Positions 23,786 to 33,367 of a DNA stretch of 64,000 nt are shown in pieces; position 1 is the stretch's first letter, and every line of letters begins with the position of its first letter. The translations under genes and the position numbers were made by a program. Origin of the DNA: Rebecca billardiae RCC1528. Lineage: Eukaryota > Protista > Haptophyta. A model generated the notes under the pieces. That model was not told where the DNA came from. It searched no databases and saw only the letters and a program-made list of their open reading frames with translations. Where the stretch lies: contig OZ251232.1 of assembly GCA_965240325.2 (NCBI GenBank), positions 1,364,001 through 1,428,000 on the forward strand, given 5' to 3'.

Positions 23786-25588
23786 AAGACCGCGTTCCGC
23801 GGTCCTTCCGTAGAACCAACGTAGTTAGGGGCCCGCGGTGCAACCTCCGTCGGCTGCTGTCGATCAGTCTGACACTCTGACTGACATGGCGGGCCGAGGA
23901 CTGTCGCCAGCGGGCCGCGCGGCGGGAAGCGCGGCCGCCGGGGCGGCGCGCGCGCGCAGGGCGAGAGGCGCCGCGCGGCGCGGGCCGGCGCGGGCGGGCG
24001 TGCGGGCGCACCTGCTTGAGGTGCTCGCGCTGCGCCATGCGCTCGACGACGGGCCGCTGGTCGCTCAGCCGGCGCGCTTCGTGCCCGGGCAGAGCGAGAG
24101 CGCGCGCCACTCGGCCAGCGGGCACTGCTGGCCCCGCGGCCCCGGTGCGCTGCGCAGCCGCGCACCGATCGCCAGAGGCGAGACCGAGCGGAGCTCGGAG
24201 TGGAACGAGGCGAGCGGCGCGTCGCGCCTGCCGCCGCTCGTGCGCGCCTGCTCCACCGCGCCGCGCCGTGCTCGCCCGCCGCCTCCTCGTCCGCCGGCGT
24301 CGGCCTCGAAGCCACGCAGCGGCGGCGGCCAGCGCGGCAGGCCGTGACAATCGGCAGCCCGTGGCCGTGCGTGCTCGCCGAGTTGCTGCTGCTGCACCTC
24401 CGGCGCGGTCGACGACCGAGTTGAGGAGGAGCTCGCGCTCGGCGTCGAGGAGCGAGCTCGCGAGCTCGAGCTCGCCCTTCAGCCGCACTACTAGCTCCGG
24501 GCGGCATCCGGCTCATCTCCGCTGCGGCGTGCCGTCGCGGCACGCTCCCGTCCTCATTCCTCAAGCGACGAGCTCGCGTAGTGCTCCGGACTCGGCTCGC
24601 CCTTCGCTCCTCCTCGAGCGACGAACGCGCCTGCGGGTAGGTTGTTGGGCGCGCGCCGACTCGGCGTGACTCGGCCACGCGGCCCGGCGAGACGACACGG
24701 ACCGGTGGGCGCGCTCGGTGAGAGCGGAGTGCGAGGGCCGGGCGAGACGGAGTAGACGCGGGGCCTGCGAGGCGACAGGCGCGCTCGGGGAGAGCAGAGT
24801 GCGAGGGCGAGAGGCAGCGGCCGGCCGGCCCCCGCCACCACCTCGCGCACCGCGGCGTACTGCGGCGGCACGCGCACGCACGCGGTCCCGGCGGTCCGAG
24901 TCAAGGGCTCCGCAGTTCCACGCGTCGCGGTCGCGCCGGCGTCACCGGGCCCGGCGCGAGTCGTCAAGGGCCTTGCCCCAAGTGCAATTTCGTCTGCGTG
25001 CTGTATTCGTATCACGAATACCCTACTATGGGGGTACGGAGTGATCATCTTTTCATCTGCAGTGCGCCCTCTACTGTAGCTAGTGGCTTCCGCGGGAACC
25101 ATGTCCATTTACGACCATGCACGTTCAACCGTATCGTCGGAAGATTGAACGGGAACCCCCTTGGTAGAATACCCTGCTACTGTAGGACCCCCGTGCACAT
25201 GCACTTTTAAAAAACACGTCCGGCCCTGGGTCCGGTTGGTCCCGGGCTGGCGACCAAGTTTTGTTCCGTATGAATATTTACAACAAATCGCAGCTAGATA
25301 TTCGTTCACTACCCAGATATACTGACAAAGGCACGTCCAGCGGTTACGTATTACTCACGTCCGTCCGTAGATACGGAATTGGAGTGGGCGCGGCTATTTC
25401 GTCAATGCGTCTGGCTAATGCAGAGCAATGGGCCAAGGTACCCCTCAAAAAAGCGAAAACTCACCCTCCGACAGCCCTCAAAATCGTCCCCCGTCCCCTT
25501 TTCTTTGATCAAAAGATCTTTTTGACAACGTAGTGAGGGCCCCCGGCGGGGCTCCACGCTACGCGCTCCGCCCTACACCGCGGGCCAT
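23786..25588 (-). mobile_element. Helentron/HINE-like element, copy E3 (tail-to-tail with E2, head-to-tail with E4)
   Basis: Hairpin at 23788-23804 and subTIR at 23830-23842. Reverse 5' block at ~25480-25570 and subTIR TACACCGCGGGCC at 25574-25586. Confidence 0.8.
23890..24860 (-). pseudogene. Captured coiled-coil gene fragment in E3
   Basis: RLKGELELASSLLDAERELLLNSVV, EEAAGEHG, DAPLASFHSELRSV and LSDQRPVVERMAQREHLKQ|intron, with frameshifts. Confidence 0.7.
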
Positions 25589-25678
25589 GACCGCGTTCGT
25601 CCGCGGTCTTTTTCCGTAGAACGAACGTAGTTCGGGGCCCGCGGTGCACCCTCCGTCGGCTGCTGTCTCAGTCTGACA

Positions 25679-26533
25679 GACCCGTTGCACGGGTGAGTAA
25701 CCGTAGGCGTATGAAAAAACGACAAGCGTATGAAATCTCGCGGTTTTGTCGCTCGCGCTGCCGCATGGCTGACGTCCGCGCCGATCCGAGCGCAATGGTG
25801 CATTGCGAAGCCGATTCGCAATGCACCAATCCAATCCGCATGTCAATCGACCCAACCGTCGCTGAGAACGAACGACAAAACCCAGGGCAGGTGTCCACCA
25901 CGAAGCCACGCCGCGCGCGCGCTGGCAGCGTGAGCCGGCGCGGTTGCAAAGGGTTGCCCAAAGGCAGAGAGATCAGCCAATGCGGCTACCTTCGGCAAGC
26001 ACGCCACCTCAGCGTCAGCATCGGGTGGGGCCGTGACGATATATGCCCTTGGATGCGGCTCCAGCCAAACGGCTCTCGACGCGGGGAGCCGCCATCGGCC
26101 GCGAGCGCGTACACGGATACACGTGCTGTCCTCGTGAACGAGGATTCAGGAGACGAGGCGCGGCCCGCGATGCGCAGGCAAGACCTAGGGAGTGGCTCAC
26201 GCTTTGATCGCGTGTACGGGTACAGAAGGCGTGCGCACGCAACCGCACCGCCTTCGTGAAGCGCGTGGGCAAGCTGCTGAAGCTCTCACGATGCGCGCTT
26301 ACTTCTCACCTCCGTGCGCTCGCCGACCGCTCACGCTGCCTTCCGCGCGGCGGACCTGGGAAACCTGCCACCTGGCGCGCACGACGCAGCGCGTAACGCG
26401 GAAGGTGGTAGATCTGCTGCCACGCTCCCGCTGCCGCCGCCGGCGGCGGCAGCGGCATGCCCACGATGCGGCGACGGTGATGACTATCACTGCCAAAGTG
26501 TCGTTTTTTCGGCGCTCACGCGTGCAACGGGTC
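25679..26533 (+). mobile_element. 855-bp non-autonomous TIR element, 19-bp TIR, 4-bp TSD GACA
   Basis: GACA|GACCCGTTGCACGGGTGAG ... CTCACGCGTGCAACGGGTC|GACA. A second copy lies at 30074-30926. Confidence 0.9.
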
Positions 26534-26599
26534 GACATGTGTAACAGTTCGCCTGAGCTGCCATCACCGCCAACTCAGTCACTGCCGCCCACCGGGCCG

Positions 26600-27870
26600 G
26601 CGGGCCGAGGACTGTCGCTGCGGGCCGCCGCGGGCGGACTAGCGGCCGGCGCGCGCGCGCAGGCAGGGCGAGAGGCGCTGGCGCGGCGCGAGCCCGGGCG
26701 CGTGCGCGCGAGCGGGCGCACCTGCTTGAGGTACTCGCCCTGCGCCATGCGCTCGACGACGGGCCGCTGGTCGCTCAGCAGGCGCGCCTCGTGCCGGCAG
26801 AGCGAGAGCGCGCGCCACTGCGTCTGCTGCCTGCTGGCGGCCCGGCCTGCCGGCTGCGCAGCCGCGCACCGAGACCGACCGAGCGGAGCGCGGGGCGGTG
26901 GAACGAGGCGAGCGGCGCGTCGCGCCTGCCGCCGCGCGTGCGCGCCTGCCCCACCGCGCCGCCGTGCTCGCCCGCCGCCTCCTCCGCCGCGTCGGCCTCG
27001 AAGACGGCAGCTGCCAGCGGCAGGCTGAGCCGCGCGCGCTCACGGTGCACGTCAGCCTGCTGACTGATACGCCGCCGCCCATCGGCACTTCTGGCATCTG
27101 CGCGCGCAGCTGCTGCAGCTCGACGGCGGAGTCGTCGCGGCTGGCGGCGAGGGTGCGCACCGCGTCGATTGCCGAGGCCTGCAGCCCGGTGATCGCCGCG
27201 TCGACGCGCGCGGCGATTTCCCCACGCAGCTCCTCGCGCCACGTGGCCGCCGCTCGCGTGCAGGCAGCTGGGCGCCGCTGCGCGACCCGGAACCGGCGCG
27301 CGTTTCACTGATGGCGATGCTCCTGCTCGTCCTCACGCTGCTGCACCTCCGCGCCGCCGTCGACCGAGTTGAGGAGGAGCTCGCGCTCGGCGTCGAGGCG
27401 CGAGCTCGCGTGCTCGAGCTCGCCCTTCAGCCGCGCGAGCTCCGGGCGCATCCGGCTCATCAGCTCTGCCGCGCCGCTCGCTCGGCGGCGCGCTCTGCTC
27501 CGGTCGGCGAGCGGCGACGAGGCGGACGAGCTCGCGTGTCTCCGGACTCGGCTCGCCCTTGCGCGCTGCTCCTCGAGTGACGAACGCGCCCGCGGGCAGG
27601 TTGTTGCCCGTCGCCCCCGCCGCGATCTCGCCGCCCCGCCGCGATCTCGTCGCGCATGCTCCGTGCGCAGCGCGACGCAACTGGTGCGCGCGCTCCGTGT
27701 CTCAGTCTGGCGCGCGCCTGCGAGGTGACAGGCGGGCGAGCTCAGCCTCGGGGAGAGCGGAGCGAGAGGGCGAGACGCGCGGCCTGCGAGGCGACAGGCG
27801 CGCTCGGGGAGAGCAGAGCGCGAGGGCGAGACCAGCGGCCGGCCGGCCCCCGCCACCGCCACGCGCGTCA
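26600..27870 (-). pseudogene. Longest copy of the captured coiled-coil gene fragment (in E4)
   Basis: AELMSRMRPELARLKGELEHASSRLDAERELLLNSVD, WREELRGEIAARVDAAITGLQASAIDAVRTLAASRDDSAVELQQLRAQM, LSLPLAAAVFEADAAEEAAGEHG and LSDQRPVVERMAQGEYLKQ|GTGCGC intron, with stops and frameshifts. Confidence 0.7.
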
Positions 27871-28043
27871 CTGCGGCGACGTCACCCGGTCGGGGTGGGC
27901 GCTGCGGCTGCCAGCGAGCAAAGCTCGCTCAGAGCGAAATAAGCCGTGACCGCGGCTGATCAAGGGTCGGGCCGCGCCCGGGTCGCGACGCTGCTTCTTT
28001 TACTATTCACAGTTAGAGGTGATCATTTTTCCCGTGCCCATGT

Positions 28044-29428
28044 ACTACGGGGCGGCCCCACTGACGGACCGAGCAAACTTAGCTAAAACGCTGTAATCGC
28101 GCGTCAGGCGCAGCCTGACGCGTCGGACGTCACTGGCTACCTCGGGCGGGCTCGGACTCGTGGTCTGAGCCAGGTCCCTGCCCCCCAACCGTGCGTCGGA
28201 CCCTGATTTTGGGGCCCGCGGGCCTCCGTTCGGGGTCGGTGCGCAGCGCCGGGCACGACTGCCAAACCGGCCATCCGCAAATGGCTCCGTGACGCCGATC
28301 CAGGCGTGCTGCAGGCGCCGCGTTTGTTGGGTTCGTTCGGCAGCACGCGTGCCGACGACCAGGGCGGACAACGCCACCAGGGTCTGCGCGCCAGCCGCCG
28401 CTCTGCGGCAGCTCAGGCAGCCCTTTCGTGACAGCCGAAACAGTGCAGCGACGGCCCAAGCGCGCGCGCGCGTGCTGGTGTGAACAGGTTCGAGATGGTC
28501 GGTGTGCTGCTGCGCGCACTTGCCATGGCTGGGCGACATCGAGAAGGCAACAACGTGCGCGGCTGAGGGCCTTCTCGTCGCATGCGCGCAGAGAATGAGC
28601 TGACCCGCGCAGCTGGATGCGAGCCTGCGCACGCGACGCGTTGCCGAGCGGAGCGTGCGGGACGGTGAGGGTGATACGCGCGCGTGCGGAGGTGGCATAT
28701 GCGGTATTGAATCGCGTGGCGCGCGCGCGAGGATGCGCACCCTCGCGTTCGGCCAGAGCGCGTGCTCAAAGAGCAGCACGTAGCGGCGCCCAGAGACGAC
28801 GACGTGCTCAGCAAACGGCCCCCGTGTTGGGACTGAAGGAAGGCGTTGGAGACCGACGCGCGCGGTGGGTGCGAAGACCAGGTACTGGCCACTCACCGCG
28901 CACGCCGCGCGCGCCGCCAGACGGCTTCGACTGTCGCCGACCACGCCCGCGAGGCCCCCGGTTGCAGTCAGGCGGCTGCCCGAGAGCCTTGCCAACACAA
29001 TCCTGCTGCGCACGCGCGATCCGCGCGCGGGAAGAGGGAGCGGGCGGAGGAGCAGACAGAATGTGAGTCGTGGCGCAATCCCACCTGGCTGCTTTTCGCA
29101 AATCATCCCCGCACTCGGCGGTACGCGCGTGCGCATACCAGGCCCGTGCCGCCGACTCTGGATCAACGCCGGCGTCGGTCGGGTCGAGTGTGCAGGGTGG
29201 TGAGTCTCGATTGGAGAGCTCGACCGCGCTCAGGAGGCGAGCCAGTCCATGCCAGGGATGACGCGCCCCCACCTGGCGGCTCGCGCCGGCAGCATCGTGA
29301 CGCACGCGCTCGCGCGCGGCGAGTTCAGGCGGCGGACGGTGGGCAAAAGCGAAGTTCCACTTCGTTGGAAGTTCCGCGAAACTTGCGAACGATGTTTGCT
29401 CGTTGGACCACTCAGAGCGCCCCGTAGT
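28044..29428. mobile_element. 1385-bp TIR element nested in E4 (TIR ACTACGGGGCG; TSD ATGT, or TA if the TIR is read one base shorter)
   Basis: ATGT|ACTACGGGGCG ... CGCCCCGTAGT|ATGT. CGAGCAAAC and GTTTGCTCG sit at the same distance inside each end. The flanks are two units of a repeat containing GAGGTGATCATTTTTCCCGTGCCCATGT. Confidence 0.7.
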
Positions 29429-30073
29429 ATGTGTCAGATGTGTGCTGGTTAATCGCTCGAGTAATTGTACGTACTATTTCAGTATTTGCGATTGGAGGTG
29501 ATCATTTTTCCCGTGCCCATGTGTGCTTAATCGCTCGTAGGCGATAATACCCACAATCATCCAAAATGACGGTATGCCCCCAATAACGTTAGCGAGCCAA
29601 AAGACTACGCCGAATCTGCTGAAGACTACGCCGAATCTGCTCGGGGGTACGATAACGAGGCCTATTATATTAGTGGCGGCGAGGCCTAGTAGCGGCAGCG
29701 AGGCCTGTTAACTGACTATGCTTTTTGTACTATGGTCATGTGCTTATTTACTATGGTCAAAGTCTACCCACAATTACCCACCCTCGGACACTTGGACGTG
29801 GGTTTCGTTGATTCCTCTGAATACAAACAAGCTGGACGTGCCCATTTCTCGCTAATGGATGTCTCTTTGCGGTCTCAAAATTCGAAATTCGGTCTACTAC
29901 TCCAGCCCTGAAAACCGTCCCCCGTCCCTTTTTTCTTTGATCAAAGATCTTTTTGTCAAAACGTGGTTATGGTGGTTAGTGCCCGGCGTGGAGCGGGCTC
30001 CACGCTGCGCGCTCCGCCCTGCAGTGGCTGCACCGCGGGCCATCATCGTCTATATATATATAGTCCTATGACT

Positions 30074-30926
30074 GACCAGTTGCACGCGTGAGCGCCGAAA
30101 AAACGACACTGTGGCAGTGATAGTCACCGTCGCCGCCTCAGGCATACCGCTGCCGCCGGCAGCAGCGGCAGCGGGAGCGTGGCAGCGGATCCACCACCTT
30201 CTGCGTTACACGCTGCGTCGTGCGCGCCAGGTGGCAGGTGTCCCCTGTCTGCCGCGCGGAAGGCAGCGGTCGGCGAGCGCACGGAGGTAAGAAGGAAGGC
30301 GCGCTCGCATCGTGAGAGCTTCAGCAGCTTGCCCACGCGCTTCACGTAGGCGGTGTGGTTGCGTGCGCACGCCTTCTGTACCCGTACACGCGATCGCAGC
30401 GTGAGCCACTTCAGCCTGCCTGCGCATCGCGGGCCGAGCCGCCAGCGCCTCGTCTCCTGAATCCTCGTTCACGAGGACAGCACGTGTATGTATCCGTGGC
30501 GCGCTCGCTGCCGATGGCGGCTCCCCGTGTCGAGGGCGTTTGGCTGGAGCCGCATCCAGGGCATACATCGTCACGGTCCCACCCGATGCTGACGCTGAGG
30601 TGGCGCGCTTGCCGAAGGCAGGAGCATTGGCTGATGCCTTCTGCATTGGCCACCTCTGCGCGACCGCGCGTTCACGCTGCCGGCGCGCGGGCGGCGTCGC
30701 TTGGTGGGCACCTGCCTTGGGTTTTGTCGTTCGTTCTCAGCGACGGTTGGGTCGATTGACATGCCGATTGGATTGGGGCATTGCGAATCGGCTTCGCAAT
30801 GCCCCATTCCGCTCGGATCGGCGCGGGCGTCAGCCATGCGGCAGCGCGAGTGACAAAACCGACATTTCATACGCATGTCGTTTTTTCATACGCTCACGGT
30901 TATATTACTCACCCGTGCAACGGGTC
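30074..30926 (-). mobile_element. 853-bp TIR element, second copy of the 25679-26533 family, 4-bp TSD GACT
   Basis: GACT|GACCAGTTGCACGCGTGAG ... CTCACCCGTGCAACGGGTC|GACT. The interior is the reverse-complement homolog of 25679-26533. Confidence 0.9.
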
Positions 30927-31005
30927 GACTAGAAAGTAGAATATATTGTCTACTTTAACTTCGAAATAATAAATAAAATACCGTACTACTTCCGTACTAC
31001 TACTA

Positions 31006-31938
31006 CTACTCAATAAAGACACGCCGCCTCGTCAGGTCTTTGAGCACGGCGCGCACGTCGCGCTGGAAGCGTTCCCTCCCTGCGGCGTACACGGGCCCGT
31101 CCCCGCCATCCACGTCCAGCTTCTGCAGGAGTCTCTCGTCGGAGGCGCGCTTCGCCTGGCGGCGCACAGCCTGGAACTCAAGCGGAAGCGGTGTCCCGCC
31201 GAGCAGCCTGTGGAAGAGGCACACGCTGAGCTCCCACTCCTCGACGAGCCCGACAAAGGCGAAGCCACCACGCAGCCGCTCGACGGCGGCGGCCTGCTCC
31301 TCGCGCGAGACCGCCTCGGGGTCATTGCACGCGCGCCCCGTGAGCATCTTCGCCGTGCAGCCCTGCACTGCGGACAGAGATGCGTACTCCTGCACGGAGC
31401 GAGCCTGGGCAACACTCTTGCAGCGGAGTTTCTTGCGATGCCAATCATCGCGGACCTTTGTGCACGTGGGCTGAGCAGGCACCTCTGGGCTGCAGTCCTG
31501 GATGCAGTGCCGCCCGTACCTGTACGCCGAGAGGACTCTCGATGATGGCTCGCGTAGCATCGTCACGAAGTGGCCGGCATGTGCGCGCCACTCATCGGGG
31601 CCGACCGGCTTGTGCGTCCCGGGCGTGTGGTCGACGAGGTGCGCGCAGTGCTCCTTGAGAGGATAGTCGCGGTTGAAGTTGATCTCGTAAAGGTCAGCGT
31701 AGTCCGCCGCCGACACGTTGCGAGGGACATAGCAGCCGTAGTGCCACACGGTGTTCATGAAGCTCGTGCCCGTCTTGGGCACATGCACCCATCGGATGGA
31801 GGTGCCGGCCGGCGCGGGAAAGGGGTGCGCATCTGCGTCGCAGATGAGCCGGCGCTCCTCTGCGGAGATCCAATCGTCGCCAGCCGCCGCACGTGCGCCC
31901 ATCGCACAGAGCCATGCGAGGGCACACTGGGCCCGCAT
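31006..31938 (-). CDS. Golgi-type carbohydrate sulfotransferase (Sulfotransfer_2/Gal3ST-like)
   Basis: Signal peptide MRAQCALAWLCAMGARAAA, 5'-PSB WVHVPKTGTSF, 3'-PB VTMLREPSSRVLSAYRY, and FAFVGLVEEWELS. Intronless. Confidence 0.85.
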   Translation of the reverse strand: MRAQCALAWLCAMGARAAAGDDWISAEERRLICDADAHPFPAPAGTSIRWVHVPKTGTSFMNTVWHYGCYVPRNVSAADYADLYEINFNRDYPLKEHCAHLVDHTPGTHKPVGPDEWRAHAGHFVTMLREPSSRVLSAYRYGRHCIQDCSPEVPAQPTCTKVRDDWHRKKLRCKSVAQARSVQEYASLSAVQGCTAKMLTGRACNDPEAVSREEQAAAVERLRGGFAFVGLVEEWELSVCLFHRLLGGTPLPLEFQAVRRQAKRASDERLLQKLDVDGGDGPVYAAGRERFQRDVRAVLKDLTRRRVFIE

Positions 31939-32014
31939 CGTTGTTGCTACAGCGTGGACGGCACGGCGGCTGTGGCTGTCTGGCTGAAGCAGCGGACGGC
32001 TGCGCACTGCGGCA

Positions 32015-33291
32015 CCCGCGCGCTCCCCCCCCAAGACGGGCCCGGCCCGTGATGTGCGCAGCGGAGGCGCGCGGTCGAAGTCATGCGCTTTCATCGCCGC
32101 GTCTGCAAGGGTGGTCAGGGTCGCCGACTCCAGCGGAGGCCGGCGCCGGAGCTTCGCTTCCGATTTTTTGCAGCGGCGCGGCGCGCTGGGCCGCCGCCGC
32201 TGTGGCGGGCCGCTCGGGGCGTGCACGGCGTGGGCTCGTGCGGCCGCTGCCGCGCACGCCGAGCGATCCGGCGCGGGCTCGCGGCTTGTCGATGGCCTCG
32301 CGCGCCGCAGCGCGACGCGCGCCTTGCCTAGCTTCGCCTGTCTCGCGCCTTGGCCGCCGTGCACGCGTGCGCCGCCAAACCGCAAGCTCGGCATACCTCT
32401 CAGCCGAGCGTGCACGTGCCTTGCGCGACGCGACGCGGGCATTGCCGCCAGGCGATGTAGCCGTAGTGCGAGCGCGCGCCGTGAAGCCTCGGCGCGGATC
32501 GAGAACAATGAAATGATGCCGCGTACGCGCGTGGACCGTCTGTTCGTTGAGCAGTGCTGAAAGCTGCACGACTGACTCTCTTGCCGGGGCGATCGTCACG
32601 TCGCATCGTCACGCAAGGCTCACACACACGTCATAGTGGCGTTCATCGTTTTGGCTACCACGCTCGACTAGTCTTCACGAGTCGCAGCGTCGCGATAGCC
32701 CATCGTTCAACGGAGGACCGTGATGTCCATTGGTGGTTGATGCGTCAGCAGTTGTCGACAGCTGACCGAGACGTTGAAGACACTCTCGATCCGCGCTGAG
32801 GCTTCACGGCGCGCGCTCGCACTACGGCTACATCGCCTGGCGGCAATGCCCGCGTCGCGTCGCGCAAGGCACGTGCACGCTCGGCTGAGAGGTATGCCGA
32901 GCTTGCGGTTTGGCGGCCCACGCGTGCACGGCGGCCAAGGCGCGAGACAGGCGAAGCTAGGCAAGGCGCGCGTCGCGCTGCGGCGCGCGAGGCCATCGAC
33001 AAGCCGCGAGCCCGCGCCGGATCGCTCGGCGTGCGCGGCAGCGGCCGCACGAGCCCACGCCGTGCACGCCCCGAGCGGCCCGCCACAGCGGCGAAGGCCC
33101 AGCGCGCCGCGCCGCTGCAAAAAATCGGAAGCGAAGCTCCGCGCCGGCCTCCGCTGGAGTCGGCGACCCTGACCACCCTTGGCGTCTGAAACTTTTCAGA
33201 CGCGGCGATGAAAGCGCATGACTTCGACCGCGCGCCTCCGCTGCGCACATCACGGGGGCCGCCGGGCCCGTCTTGGGGGGAGCGCTGCGGG
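32015..33291. repeat. Large inverted repeat/foldback: arms 32015-32504 and 32784-33291, ~280-bp spacer
   Basis: The arms are near-perfect reverse complements. The ORF track shows the same peptide on both strands (31006..32508- and 32774..33172+). Confidence 0.92.
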
Positions 33292-33367
33292 ATTCAAACA
33301 GCTGCGCAGTGTGGAGATTTGAGATTTCATTGTTGCTGGTGTGCTGGCCGTTGGACTTGGGAACGCG

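Larger units (their letters stand above)
25587..30045 (-). mobile_element. Helentron/HINE-like element, copy E4, interrupted by two nested TIR elements
   Basis: Hairpin GACCGCG-TTCGTC-CGCGGTC at 25589-25608 and subTIR at 25636-25648. Reverse 5' block at ~29870-30022 and subTIR TGCACCGCGGGCC at 30029-30041. Confidence 0.75.

Noticed and set aside
31939-32508. N-terminal extension of the sulfotransferase ORF
   Set aside because: It is read-through into the foldback arm from a non-ATG start. The signal peptide begins at ATG 31938.
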